Positions 52,241 to 61,958 of a DNA stretch of 64,000 nucleotides are shown here, piece by piece. This DNA is from Synechococcus sp. (GTDB taxonomy: Bacteria > Cyanobacteriota > Cyanobacteriia > PCC-6307 > Cyanobiaceae). The notes beneath the pieces were generated by a model. It was not told the DNA's origin, searched no databases, and saw only the letters and a program-made list of their open reading frames with translations. The first letter of the stretch is position 1, and each line of letters opens with the position of its first letter. Both the position numbers and the translations under genes were made by a program. The stretch is from assembly GCA_047285805.1 (NCBI GenBank), contig JBJBCN010000002.1, forward strand, positions 1,056,001 to 1,120,000, in the 5' to 3' direction.

Positions 52241-53383
52241 GTGTCTTCCTCCCCTGGGACCATTCCCAATCGGAGCGAGACCGAGCTGCAGCAGTGGCAG
52301 CTTGAGGGGCAGCTCCAAGTCCGCAGCGCGACAGCGTTCCGTGCGCTCGTACAAGAGCAGGGACTCGAGCAGGCCTACCGCGAGACCCATGTAGTCGTAG
52401 CTGGCGATGCCGAGCTCACGCAGCAGGCCTCCCTGGTGCTGCATCTTGGCCCCAGCGACCCACCGATCCGGGTTCGCCAAGTTCGATTTGGCCCCGCCGA
52501 AGGTCATGGCGGCCACGGCAATACCGATCTGGTAATTCCGATGGGATCCGGGGGCGCCTCCCTGCTCAGCGCCCTACTGGAGGGGCAACCCCTTCCCCTC
52601 TCCATAGGCGGAACTCCAAACCAGCAGCAACCCAAGGTTGAGTTGGAGACCGAACTGGGCTTAGCCGAGATCCCCTGCGGCCGCCTGCTCCTGCACCGCG
52701 GCATTTGCGAAAACGGCGTCGTGGCCGTGAGCAGCCGGGAGGGAATGACACCGACGCCCTGGGGGCCGGTGATTGGGCCATGGACGAGCGCTCTTTACAG
52801 CTGCCGAGGCCCCGGCAGCATTGGCCTAAGCATGCCCGGACTTCAGGACCTCGGGGCGGGATCCCCGGTACTTGTTGGAGGAGCCATCGGCTGGGTTAAT
52901 GGACCAGGAAGCGGTCACAACCCCGGGACCAAACGCAGTCCCAGCGGCCATGCCCTTGGTCCAGGGGCCTGCTGCTCCCTTCAGGTGGACCTCCACGGGC
53001 TGAAGTCTTCGGCGATCCGCTCTACCCGTTTACCCGATGGCAGCAGCGGACTGCTGGTGGCCATCGCCGCACCCATCCCGCTGTTGAACCGCAGCAGGGC
53101 CGAGCAACTGGCGGCGACGGCAGAGGCACTCTCCGCACCTCTTTTGGACTATGGAATCCCCCGGCGCGTCCGCCCCAGCCCAGCAAGCGCGACCTACGCG
53201 GAACTCCTCAGCGGCTCCATCCGTCTCGGGGAGCGGCAACTCACCGCCGCACCGGCCCACAGCCCGAGGTTGGCGGAAGAGGCGGCCACCCAACTTGTGC
53301 AGATGCTGCAGAGCGGAGCGTTCCCGCTGCGCTCGCCCCTCGCCCCCCTGCCCAGTGATCGGACTGTGCGGGCACTGAACTAA
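52241..53383 (+). CDS. Divergent DUF39-like (homocysteine biosynthesis / aspartate-semialdehyde sulfurtransferase-like) protein
   Basis: LHLGPSDPPIR, GAGSPVLVGGAIG.V...GSGHNP, AIAAPIPLLN, TYAELLSG.I resemble DUF39. Confidence 0.55.
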   Translation: MSSSPGTIPNRSETELQQWQLEGQLQVRSATAFRALVQEQGLEQAYRETHVVVAGDAELTQQASLVLHLGPSDPPIRVRQVRFGPAEGHGGHGNTDLVIPMGSGGASLLSALLEGQPLPLSIGGTPNQQQPKVELETELGLAEIPCGRLLLHRGICENGVVAVSSREGMTPTPWGPVIGPWTSALYSCRGPGSIGLSMPGLQDLGAGSPVLVGGAIGWVNGPGSGHNPGTKRSPSGHALGPGACCSLQVDLHGLKSSAIRSTRLPDGSSGLLVAIAAPIPLLNRSRAEQLAATAEALSAPLLDYGIPRRVRPSPASATYAELLSGSIRLGERQLTAAPAHSPRLAEEAATQLVQMLQSGAFPLRSPLAPLPSDRTVRALN

Positions 53384-53452
53384 CCCCCCACAAAGCGACA
53401 CGGACGAAAAACAGCCGTAAGCTCCCAATGCCGTTGTTTTTAAACCAAAGCC

Positions 53453-54133
53453 ATGGCTGATGCTGCTGCCACCCAGCCGGACGCCGAGCAGCAGCCTCAA
53501 CACGAGGCGCTGGAGACCATCACTTCAGAAATGCCCCCTGAACTGAGTGCAACTGACGTTGCCGCAGCCGAAGTCGCGGCTGAGGGCGTTCAGGCCGAAC
53601 CGATCGCTGAGGTCGTGGACGAGAAGCCTCCAGAAGCACCCCCGGTTAGCCCAGCCGTTCTAGAGAAATCGATAGCCCCCGAGCCCGAGCAAGCCATCGC
53701 CCCGGATCGTGCGCCCGAGCCAGCCATCGCCCCGGATCCTGCGAATGTCTTGACCCCCCAGGTAGCAAGCACGACCGATGTCCCGGCTAGCCCTGTAGCC
53801 GTGTCCTCTGAAGAGAACGGCGGAGAGTGGGAACTGCTGGTTGAAAAGGTCAAGCAGTGGATCGCTAGCGGCCAACTGCAGCAGCAATGGGAAACTGCCC
53901 GCACCCCGATCACCCTGCTGGCAGGGCTGATCTCCGTGTTGGTGGTTCTGCGGATCTACAGCTCCCTTCTGGGGGTTTTGGAAAGCCTGCCGCTGCTCCC
54001 TGGACTGCTGGAGCTGGTGGGAGTCATCAGCGTTGTGCGCTTCAGCCTGACCCGCCTCGTTAAGAACAGCGATCGACAGGAGGTCATCGATGGTCTGAAG
54101 CAGCGCTGGAGCAACTTTCGAGGCAATCGGTAG
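53453..54133 (+). CDS. CAAD (CURT1-like) domain protein with long acidic disordered N-terminus
   Basis: C-terminal LPLLPGLLELVG...FSLTRLV...RQE CAAD pattern. Confidence 0.8.
   Translation: MADAAATQPDAEQQPQHEALETITSEMPPELSATDVAAAEVAAEGVQAEPIAEVVDEKPPEAPPVSPAVLEKSIAPEPEQAIAPDRAPEPAIAPDPANVLTPQVASTTDVPASPVAVSSEENGGEWELLVEKVKQWIASGQLQQQWETARTPITLLAGLISVLVVLRIYSSLLGVLESLPLLPGLLELVGVISVVRFSLTRLVKNSDRQEVIDGLKQRWSNFRGNR
53683..53742 (+). repeat. In-frame 30-bp tandem duplication (2 copies, 2 mismatches)
   Basis: GCCCGAGCAAGCCATCGCCCCGGATCGTGC / GCCCGAGCCAGCCATCGCCCCGGATCCTGC. Confidence 0.85.
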
Positions 54134-54202
54134 CAGACGGCATCAAGACAGGAGCAGTCAGGTCGGTTGATAGCTTGGCTGAATTGCTTCAAAAGGTCTC
54201 AG

Positions 54203-55366
54203 GTGGACATTCAGCTCGGCCGTTCCCGTACTGTGCGCCGCGCCTACGGCATCGATGAAATCGCCCTGGTGCCTGGTGGTCGCACAGTCGATCCGGCCGT
54301 CACCGACAGCAGCTGGACCCTGGGCGGAATCACGCGCGAAATTCCGATCATCGCCAGCGCCATGGACGGCGTGGTCGATGTGCGGATGTGTGTTGAGCTG
54401 GCCAAGCAGGGCGCCCTCGGCGTGCTCAACCTGGAGGGCGTCCAGTGCCGCTACGAGGACCCGAACCCTGCCCTGGATCGCATTGCCTCGGTGGGTAAGG
54501 AAGAGTTCGTGCCCCTGATGCAGGAGCTCTACAGCCAGCCCGTGCGGGAAGACCTGATCCGCAAGCGCATCGCTGAGATCAAGGAGCGCGGCGGAATTGC
54601 CGCGGTGAGCGGCACCCCCGTTGCCGCCTTGAAATTCGGCAAGGCCATCGCCGAGGCCGGCGCAGACTTGTTTTTCGTGCAGGCCACCGTGGTCAGCACC
54701 GAACACATCGGTCCTGAAGGCCAGGACAGCCTCGATCTCGAAGCGCTTTGCCGCGATTTCGGCGTTCCCGTGATCATCGGCAACTGCGTCACTTACGACG
54801 TGGCACTGAAACTCATGCGCGCCGGCGCCGCAGGCGTGATGGTGGGCATCGGCCCTGGTGCCGCCTGCACCTCACGCGGCGTGCTGGGCATCGGGATTCC
54901 CCAAGCCACTTCAGTCGCCGACTGTGCGGCTGCTCGAGATGACTTTATGAAGGAAAGCGGCCGATACGTGCCGATCGTTGCCGACGGCGGCATCGTCACC
55001 GGCGGTGACATCTGCAAGTGCATTGCTTGCGGCGCCGATGCGGTGATGATCGGTTCCCCCATTGCCCGCTCCGCGGAGGCTCCCGGACGCGGCTTCCACT
55101 GGGGCATGGCCACCCCCAGCCCAGTACTTCCCCGCGGCACCCGCATCAAGGTGGGGACCACCGGCAGCCTGGAGAAGATTCTTCGAGGACCGGCCTCCCT
55201 TGACGACGGAACCCAGAACCTACTGGGCTGCATCAAGACCTCGATGGGCACCCTGGGGGCTCGAAGCCTCAAGGAAATGCAGCAGGTGGAGGTCGTTGTC
55301 GCACCGTCCCTGCTGACGGAGGGCAAGGTTTATCAGAAGGCCCAGCAATTGGGCATGGGCAAGTAG
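54203..55366 (+). CDS. guaB: IMP dehydrogenase family protein (GuaB3 type, no CBS domains)
   Basis: GTG start, PIIASAMDGV, VGIGPGAACTSR (catalytic Cys), VADGGI, VMIGS. Confidence 0.92.
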   Translation: MDIQLGRSRTVRRAYGIDEIALVPGGRTVDPAVTDSSWTLGGITREIPIIASAMDGVVDVRMCVELAKQGALGVLNLEGVQCRYEDPNPALDRIASVGKEEFVPLMQELYSQPVREDLIRKRIAEIKERGGIAAVSGTPVAALKFGKAIAEAGADLFFVQATVVSTEHIGPEGQDSLDLEALCRDFGVPVIIGNCVTYDVALKLMRAGAAGVMVGIGPGAACTSRGVLGIGIPQATSVADCAAARDDFMKESGRYVPIVADGGIVTGGDICKCIACGADAVMIGSPIARSAEAPGRGFHWGMATPSPVLPRGTRIKVGTTGSLEKILRGPASLDDGTQNLLGCIKTSMGTLGARSLKEMQQVEVVVAPSLLTEGKVYQKAQQLGMGK

Positions 55367-55387
55367 GGGATCGCGTTAGCCTCCGGA

Positions 55388-55447
55388 GTGTGTGGGCTCA
55401 ACACCCTCACACTCCTCACACCCCCCGGCTCGGCGCGTCCGAGCTTT
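55388..55447 (+). ncRNA. yfr1: Yfr1 small RNA
   Basis: ACTCCTCACAC motif at 55411-55421 between a 5' hairpin and a GCTCGG-CGCGT-CCGAGC-TTT terminator, in the characteristic guaB-trxA position; 5' end approximate. Confidence 0.9.
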
Positions 55448-55571
55448 CACTCTTTGCATGGGCTGAGCGCCTTCCGACGCCAGCAACCCACCACCCAGTT
55501 ACGAGTTCCTCCAGGCCTCTGCCGAAGCCCAAACCTCGTTGCTAAATTCCGAAACACTGATCCCTGAACGG

Positions 55572-55895
55572 ATGTCCAGCGCCGCAGCCGTCACCGACGC
55601 TTCCTTCGAGCAAGACGTGCTCAAGAGCGATGTACCCGTTCTTGTCGATTTCTGGGCTCCCTGGTGCGGCCCCTGCCGCATGGTTGCTCCGATCGTTGAC
55701 GAGATCTCCAAAGAGTTCGAAGGCAAGATCAAAGTCTTCAAGCTGAACACCGACGAGAACCCCAACGTCGCCAGCCAGTACGGCATCCGCAGCATCCCCA
55801 CCCTGATGGTCTTCAAGGACGGCCAAAAAGTGGACACCGTTGTTGGCGCCGTACCCAAGACCACCCTCTCCGGCACCATCTCCAAGTACCTCTGA
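55572..55895 (+). CDS. trxA: Thioredoxin (m-type)
   Basis: [17 protein letters not shown]. Confidence 0.97.
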   Translation: MSSAAAVTDASFEQDVLKSDVPVLVDFWAPWCGPCRMVAPIVDEISKEFEGKIKVFKLNTDENPNVASQYGIRSIPTLMVFKDGQKVDTVVGAVPKTTLSGTISKYL

Positions 55896-55970
55896 GCGTC
55901 AATGGCCCTCACCTAGACCTCCCCTCAAGCCCGGCCAATGGCCGGGCTTTTCTGTTCTGATCCCCCCGCG

Positions 55971-57029
55971 ATGGCGATCGAGAGAAGTCCGTTGGAGGCG
56001 TTAGCCGATGCCATCGAAGGCCATCCGCAACGCCGCTCGATCGAACGCAGTGTTGTGCTGCTGCTGGAGATCGCGCGCAGCAGCAGCGACCCTGATGAAT
56101 GGCGGCTGATCACCGGGGTCCTGGCAGACATCCGCGATGGATTGAACGTCTTTTCCCCCCATCGCCAAACCCGCAAGGTGACGGTGTTCGGCTCAGCTCG
56201 AACCCAGCCCAACGAGGCGGCCTATCCCTTGGCGGAAGAACTCGCCCGCGAAGCCGCACGTTGCGGCTTTGAGGTAATGACCGGTGCCGGCGGCGGCGTG
56301 ATGGAGGCCGCCAACCGGGGAGCCGGCTGCGAGAACAGCATCGGCCTGAATGTGGATCTGCCGTTTGAGCAGCACGCCAACCGCTATGTGAACGCCTGCG
56401 ATGGGCGCCTTCTGCACTTCCGGTACTTCTTCACGCGCAAGCTCTTCTTCCTGCGCGAGAGCGATGCACTGGTGGTGATGCCGGGTGGTTTTGGCACGTT
56501 TGATGAGCTCTTCGAAGCGCTGACCCTGATCCAAACCGGCCGCACACCGCCAATCCCCGTGGTACTCCTGTCACCAGAAGACGACCCCTTTTGGAGCAAC
56601 TGGCTCGCGACTATCAAGGGCACCCTGCGGGAGCGTGGCCTGATCTCCCCAGAGGACTTCTCTCTGTTCAAGGAGGTCAGCAGTGCCGCTGAGGCCCTCG
56701 AAGAGATCAGCAATTTCTACCGGGTCTTCCACGGCGTGCAATTTGCCGAGGAGAAGCTGGAGTTGCTTCTGCACTGCGCCATGCCCGCGGCCACGGTGGC
56801 GGAGCTCAACCGTCGTTTTGATGCCCTTGTGGATGAGGGGAACATCAGCCAAGGCGAGAGCTGCGACCGCCACGGCATCCTTCGGCCCTGTCTGCGGTTC
56901 CACCTGGATCGGCGCAAAGTGGGTCTGCTCTATCAACTGATCGCTGTCCTGAATCGACTGCCACTGGAGGTTCCACCCTCGATCGAGCAACCTGGACAAC
57001 GTGTATGCACCCCTCCGCCCGCCCCATGA
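55971..57029 (+). CDS. LOG (lonely guy) family nucleotide phosphoribohydrolase
   Basis: VTVFGSAR, TGAGGGVMEAANRGA, FFTRK, PGGFGTFDE; start may be 55938. Confidence 0.88.
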   Translation: MAIERSPLEALADAIEGHPQRRSIERSVVLLLEIARSSSDPDEWRLITGVLADIRDGLNVFSPHRQTRKVTVFGSARTQPNEAAYPLAEELAREAARCGFEVMTGAGGGVMEAANRGAGCENSIGLNVDLPFEQHANRYVNACDGRLLHFRYFFTRKLFFLRESDALVVMPGGFGTFDELFEALTLIQTGRTPPIPVVLLSPEDDPFWSNWLATIKGTLRERGLISPEDFSLFKEVSSAAEALEEISNFYRVFHGVQFAEEKLELLLHCAMPAATVAELNRRFDALVDEGNISQGESCDRHGILRPCLRFHLDRRKVGLLYQLIAVLNRLPLEVPPSIEQPGQRVCTPPPAP

Positions 57030-57652
57030 CGCGCATCGGCCTGATCGACTACGGGATGGGCAACCTGCACTCCGTGGAGCGGGCCTTCGAACGGCTGGGC
57101 TGTGAGGTGCGGATTCTGCAGCATGCCGAGGCCATGCAGGACTGCCAGGCCCTCGTGCTCCCCGGCGTGGGGGCGTTTGACCCGGCCATGGAACGCCTGA
57201 ACGCCTCTGGACTGGTGCCGGCGATCAAGACCTGGTGCAACGCAGAGCGCCCATTGCTTGGGATTTGCCTGGGTTTGCAACTGCTCTTTGAGGGCAGTGA
57301 TGAAGGATCAGCCGCTGGTCTGGGTCTACTCGCGGGTCATATTGCGGCACTCCCCAAAGTCCCGGGGCACCCAATCCCCCACATGGGCTGGGAAGCCTTG
57401 ATTCCAGGGAAACCCTCGCCGCTCCTACCTGAGGGATCCGCAGAGAACTGGGTGTACTTCGTGCACTCCTTCGCGGCGCAACCCAGCGACCCCAGCTGTG
57501 TGACCGCCTCGGTTTGCTTCGCCGGCCAGCCCGTCACCGCCGCGGTCTGGCAAGGCAGTGTCGGGGCCTGCCAATTCCACCCGGAAAAATCCTCTGAAGC
57601 CGGCGAGCAACTGCTGCGGCGCTGGCTCAGCTGGGTCGAGGCCCAGACATGA
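57026..57652 (+). CDS. hisH: Imidazole glycerol phosphate synthase glutaminase subunit
   Basis: IDYGMGNL, LPGVGAF, GICLG, PHMGW, YFVHS, QFHPEKS. Confidence 0.96.
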   Translation: MTRIGLIDYGMGNLHSVERAFERLGCEVRILQHAEAMQDCQALVLPGVGAFDPAMERLNASGLVPAIKTWCNAERPLLGICLGLQLLFEGSDEGSAAGLGLLAGHIAALPKVPGHPIPHMGWEALIPGKPSPLLPEGSAENWVYFVHSFAAQPSDPSCVTASVCFAGQPVTAAVWQGSVGACQFHPEKSSEAGEQLLRRWLSWVEAQT

Positions 57653-58197
57653 GCCTGCGGCTCAGCGGGGGACGCAAACTGCAGAGTCCCCCTGGAGAGA
57701 TCGCCCGGCCGACCGCCTCCCGCGTCCGCCTGGCGGTCATGAACATGTTGGCGGCGGAGCTCCCCGGCGCCCACTGGCTAGATCTCTTCTGCGGCAGTGG
57801 CGTGATGGGCTGCGAAGCCCTCCTGCGGGGCGCGGCCGAGGTGGTGGCGGTCGAGCAGGACCGGCGCGTCAGTGCGATCGCTCGCAGCAATTTGGAGACG
57901 GTGGCCTCCAGCCTGGAGCCGCGCCCAACCCTGCGCGTCGTCCAACAGGAGGTCATGCGCTGGCTGGAAGCACCCCAGGGGGATGGCTTCGATGTGGTTT
58001 ATGCAGATCCTCCCTATGCCGCGGGGCTATACGAACCCCTCCTGGATCGGCTGGCCGCGGGGGAGTGGCTTCAGCCCCATGGCCTGGTCCTGCTGGAGCA
58101 CGCAACAAAAAACCCGCCGGAGCTTCCGGCGGGCTGGGAAGTGGAGAAGCAAAAGCGCTACGGCAGCTGCAGTCTCGTGATGGTCTCGCGCTGCTGA
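57649..58197 (+). CDS. rsmD: 16S rRNA m2G966 methyltransferase
   Basis: RPT..RVR, LDLFCGSG..GCEAL.RGA, DPPY, KRYG. Confidence 0.9.
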   Translation: MSLRLSGGRKLQSPPGEIARPTASRVRLAVMNMLAAELPGAHWLDLFCGSGVMGCEALLRGAAEVVAVEQDRRVSAIARSNLETVASSLEPRPTLRVVQQEVMRWLEAPQGDGFDVVYADPPYAAGLYEPLLDRLAAGEWLQPHGLVLLEHATKNPPELPAGWEVEKQKRYGSCSLVMVSRC

Positions 58198-58199
58198 GA

Positions 58200-58313
58200 T
58201 CAGCCGCCCAGGGCGCTGCCACGGCGGTACTGGTTCCAGGCCGCCACGAACAATCCAACCAAGGTCACGGGAATCAGACCGAGCACGATGCCGCAGAGCA
58301 GGGGTTCGATCAT
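58200..58313 (-). CDS. petG: Cytochrome b6f subunit V
   Basis: [32 protein letters not shown]. Confidence 0.96.
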   Translation of the reverse strand: MIEPLLCGIVLGLIPVTLVGLFVAAWNQYRRGSALGG

Positions 58314-58386
58314 GGAAGGAGCAGCCTCTTTGGTTGCACAATTCTCCCACGCCCATGGCTGGGTTCGTGACCGATCTGCACCAACC

Positions 58387-58773
58387 GTGACTGCACAGCC
58401 CCCTTCCCCCGCACAACAACCCCAGCGAGGCCTGATCTCGGCGCTGGTGCTGCTGACGGCAATCTGCGTCACGCTCGTGCTGCTGGTGGTCGTCATTCCC
58501 GCCGCCCGCAGCGATCCCTACACCCGCACCACCCTGCAACTGAGCGGCTCCGCTCAGCAGGGAGAGCAACTATTTCTGCTGAACTGCGCCGGCTGCCACG
58601 GCATCGCCGCCCAAGGCTTGGTGGGGCCCAACCTCCACAAGGTGGACAACCGCAAGAACAACCGCCAGCTGATTCAGCAAGTGGTCAGCGGACGCACCCC
58701 GCCCATGCCCCGCTTCCAGCCCGAACCACAAGCCATGGCTGACCTATTGGCTTATCTCCACAGCCTCTCGTGA
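58387..58773 (+). CDS. cytM: Cytochrome cM
   Basis: Hydrophobic N-terminus, CAGCH heme motif, G.TPPMP.F; divergent from petG. Confidence 0.88.
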   Translation: MTAQPPSPAQQPQRGLISALVLLTAICVTLVLLVVVIPAARSDPYTRTTLQLSGSAQQGEQLFLLNCAGCHGIAAQGLVGPNLHKVDNRKNNRQLIQQVVSGRTPPMPRFQPEPQAMADLLAYLHSLS

Positions 58774-59486
58774 CGCTCGCGGTGGTGCTGGTGGAGCCAG
58801 CGGGCCCGCTGAATGTGGGCAGCGTCGCCCGACTCTGCGCCAACTTCGACGTCGACGAGCTGCGCCTCGTGGCACCCCGCTGCGACCACCTCGGCGAGGA
58901 GGCCCGGCGGATGGCCGTGCATGGGGAGGCGCTTCTCGAGCGCGCCCAGCTCTTCCCCAACATGGAGGCCGCCCTGGCGGATTGTCGGCGGGTGGTAGCC
59001 ACCAGCGGGCGCATCGAAGAAGAATCTCTACCACTAAGCGGTCCTGCAGAAGCCTTGTCCTGGCTGCAGGGTGGCGTCTCGCCAGACGCTCCAGCCGCAC
59101 TGGTGTTTGGCCGGGAAGACCGCGGGCTCAGCAACGGAGAGCTGCTCCAGGCCGGGCGGATCCTGCGGCTGGACACCAGTGCGGCCTACGCCTCGATGAA
59201 CCTCTCCCATGCCGTCGCCGTCTGCCTGCATGAACTGCGGCGCTGCCCGCCAGCGACGGCAGCCCCCCAGTCAGAGCCCTGCCGGCGAGATCAACTAGAG
59301 GACGCCCTCGCGGATGCGGAGCGACTGCTAATGCAGGTGGGCTTCCTCTACCCCCATACCGCCCAGGCACGCATGGGCAAAGTTCGGGCCCTGCTCCAAC
59401 GGGCCCAGATCCGAGACGAGGAGGTCGCCCTGCTGCGGGGAATGGTGCGTCAATTGCGCTGGGCAGCCCAGCAAGACTGCCCCTAA
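58770..59486 (+). CDS. trmJ: SPOUT tRNA/rRNA methyltransferase (TrmJ/LasT)
   Basis: VVLVEP..P.NVGSVAR...NF, LVFGREDRGL, SMNLSHAV. Confidence 0.85.
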   Translation: MTLAVVLVEPAGPLNVGSVARLCANFDVDELRLVAPRCDHLGEEARRMAVHGEALLERAQLFPNMEAALADCRRVVATSGRIEEESLPLSGPAEALSWLQGGVSPDAPAALVFGREDRGLSNGELLQAGRILRLDTSAAYASMNLSHAVAVCLHELRRCPPATAAPQSEPCRRDQLEDALADAERLLMQVGFLYPHTAQARMGKVRALLQRAQIRDEEVALLRGMVRQLRWAAQQDCP

Positions 59487-59514
59487 CGTCTGAGCCCAAG
59501 CTTCGATCGCTTCC

Positions 59515-60621
59515 GTGGGCGCAGGCCGGTCACAACGTTCAAACCGCTCCAGCTGGAGCGCACCGGTGCGGTTGGTGCTGCGGCTCCTTGTCATGGGACT
59601 CGGACTCGGGGTGATTGCCGGCACCGGCTTGAAATTGCTGGCCCCAAAACTGGGGCAAGGGGCCGCCCAAGCCGCCAAACCCCAATCGCTGCTGGCGCCC
59701 CCGGGGCGGCCGCTGCCCCGCGGCCTTGCCCTGGGAAGCTTCGAACCGCGGCTGGAGCTCACCGCCTTGAGCAAGCGCTGGGCTCAACTCACCGCCCAAT
59801 ACAAGGACCTCACCGTCAGCGGCTACCTGCTGGTGCTTGATGACGGCCGCTTTGCGGAGCTTGCGCCCCAGCGCCCCTTGCCCGCCGCTAGCTCGATAAA
59901 GACCCCGATTCTGCTCGTGGGCCTTGAGGACCTGGATGCCGGCAAGTTGAGCTGGAACGAGCGCCTCACGATGACCAAGGAAGTGGTTGGCGGGGGCGCA
60001 GGCTGGATGGCGAACAAACCCGTCGGCACCACCTTCCCTTTTTGGGAGGCGGCCAACGAGATGATCCGCGTCAGCGACAACACCGCCACCAACCTGCTGA
60101 TCAAGCGGGTGGGCGGCAAAGCAGTCCTCAATGCCCGCTTCCAAGCCCTGGGGCTCACCAGCACGGCGGTGAACAACTGGCTGCCGGATCTGGACGGCAC
60201 GAACACCACCAGCGCCTATGACCTGGCGCGCTCCATCGCCCTGGTCGATACGGGGGAGAGACTCAGCCCGCGGGCGCGCGATCTCTTCCGGGAGGTCATG
60301 GGCCGATCCCGCACCAACACTCTGTTGCCCCTCGGCATGTTGATGGGACTGGGTAGGGATTCAGCGAACCCGGACAGCGCGCTGATGGCCCACGGGGTGA
60401 CCGTTTACAACAAAACCGGCGACATCGGCATTGCCTACGCCGATGCCGGCCTGATCGAACTCCCCGACGGCAAGCGCGCCGTCGCGGCCTTCATGGTCAA
60501 GGGCCCCTTTAACGACCCGCGCTCGACCAACTTGATCCGGGCCATGGCCGGAGAGATCACGAAGAGCCTGGTGCGCAAACCCGTCCCGGCTCCAGTCAAA
60601 CCCAAGAAACCAACCGCCTAG
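59515..60621 (+). CDS. Class A beta-lactamase-like serine hydrolase (cyanobacterial PBP-A type)
   Basis: N-terminal TM, SSIK, SDN and KTG motifs. Confidence 0.85.
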   Translation: MGAGRSQRSNRSSWSAPVRLVLRLLVMGLGLGVIAGTGLKLLAPKLGQGAAQAAKPQSLLAPPGRPLPRGLALGSFEPRLELTALSKRWAQLTAQYKDLTVSGYLLVLDDGRFAELAPQRPLPAASSIKTPILLVGLEDLDAGKLSWNERLTMTKEVVGGGAGWMANKPVGTTFPFWEAANEMIRVSDNTATNLLIKRVGGKAVLNARFQALGLTSTAVNNWLPDLDGTNTTSAYDLARSIALVDTGERLSPRARDLFREVMGRSRTNTLLPLGMLMGLGRDSANPDSALMAHGVTVYNKTGDIGIAYADAGLIELPDGKRAVAAFMVKGPFNDPRSTNLIRAMAGEITKSLVRKPVPAPVKPKKPTA

Positions 60622-60632
60622 GGATAGCGCCG

Positions 60633-61958
60633 ATGCTTCCTGTTCTCCTCGCCGGCAGCCCCACAGCCGCCCCCGTGGTGCGCCCGCAAGAGGTCCGCGC
60701 GCTGCCGGGAAGCCTCGATGGGGTGTTGATGCTGAACGACAACAACCCCGAGCTCATCGGCGGACCGGGGATCCTGCTCTCCACCTTTGGGGGGACCGGC
60801 CACCTGGACCTGCCCCTCAACGGTCGTTTCGACCTCTTCAGCCACCACGTCTACGCGGGCACGACCGAGCAGCCGGACTCCGCCATCTGGCTGGCGGTGG
60901 TGGCCCAACCGCGGGGGGATCAACCGGTACAACTCAGCCTCTTGAGCGGCTCCACCGCCCTCTCCCAGGCCACCGATGGCCGGGAGGCCCAGGCGCCATT
61001 CCTGCCGCTGCCGGAGCGGATGCGCCAGGACGGCTCCACCTACGCCGGACCGGGCAGTCGGGTCGCCACAGAGCTGCTACTGCGCCAGCGCAACCCTGAC
61101 CTGCCCAAACGGTGGACCCTCGCCCCGGGGGTCCCAACAACCCTGCTGCTGCTGCCCATTCCCGTGCAAGGCCTGGACCCGCTGCTGAATGGCCGCAATT
61201 TGCAGCTCCGGCTCCAGGCCAGCGGCCCGATCAGCGTGGCGACCCTGGCCGCCTTTGGAGCAGGGGACAAGCCTCCAAGCCCGTCCGCTCTGCAACAACT
61301 CCTTACATCTGGCGTCCTGAGTCCCAAGGAGCACAAACCCACCCCGCGGGGCGCGCGCGGCCGCATGGTCTATTCGCGGGTCAGCGGGGTGCAAGTCGGC
61401 AGCACATGGAGCGCCGTGATCACGGATCCAGGTCAACCCTGCCTCTCGAGCGCCTCAGCGCCCATCTCCTGGCCGATTGCCTCACTGGAGCGCGGCACCC
61501 TCGGGACTGCCCAAGTACAAACTGCAGAACTCAAGGTCCACTACCCCGACACCGCCTGGGCCGCCCACGGCAACTACGGTGTCGCATACGACATCCGCAT
61601 CCCACTCTGCAATCGCTCCAAGAGCAGCACTGAACTGGCCGTCGCCCTGGAGTCACCGCTGAAAACCGACAAACCCATCGGTGGCCTGCGCTTCAACAGC
61701 AGCCCATCCCGCTCGGTGATGTTTCGCGGCACGGTCGAACTCAGCGGTCTCGACGGCGAAGCCAGCCGCCAAAGCTTTCATGTGGTGCAGCGGGCCGGAC
61801 AGCAGGGCCCTGAACTCGGCCGCATCCAGCTGGCCGCCGGGGGCAAGCGGGAACTGCGCGTGCGCCTTATTTACCCCGCGGATGCCACCCCGCCCCAGGT
61901 CCTCAGCCTGCTGCCTGTGAAACAATCGCCAGCACCGCCAGACAGCCTCCAGCCGTGA
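60633..61958 (+). CDS. DUF3370 family protein
   Basis: VRALPG.LD, NDNNPE, GILLSTF, FDLFSHH, YSRVSGV, AHGNYGV.Y, YPADATPPQVL. Confidence 0.8.
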   Translation: MLPVLLAGSPTAAPVVRPQEVRALPGSLDGVLMLNDNNPELIGGPGILLSTFGGTGHLDLPLNGRFDLFSHHVYAGTTEQPDSAIWLAVVAQPRGDQPVQLSLLSGSTALSQATDGREAQAPFLPLPERMRQDGSTYAGPGSRVATELLLRQRNPDLPKRWTLAPGVPTTLLLLPIPVQGLDPLLNGRNLQLRLQASGPISVATLAAFGAGDKPPSPSALQQLLTSGVLSPKEHKPTPRGARGRMVYSRVSGVQVGSTWSAVITDPGQPCLSSASAPISWPIASLERGTLGTAQVQTAELKVHYPDTAWAAHGNYGVAYDIRIPLCNRSKSSTELAVALESPLKTDKPIGGLRFNSSPSRSVMFRGTVELSGLDGEASRQSFHVVQRAGQQGPELGRIQLAAGGKRELRVRLIYPADATPPQVLSLLPVKQSPAPPDSLQP

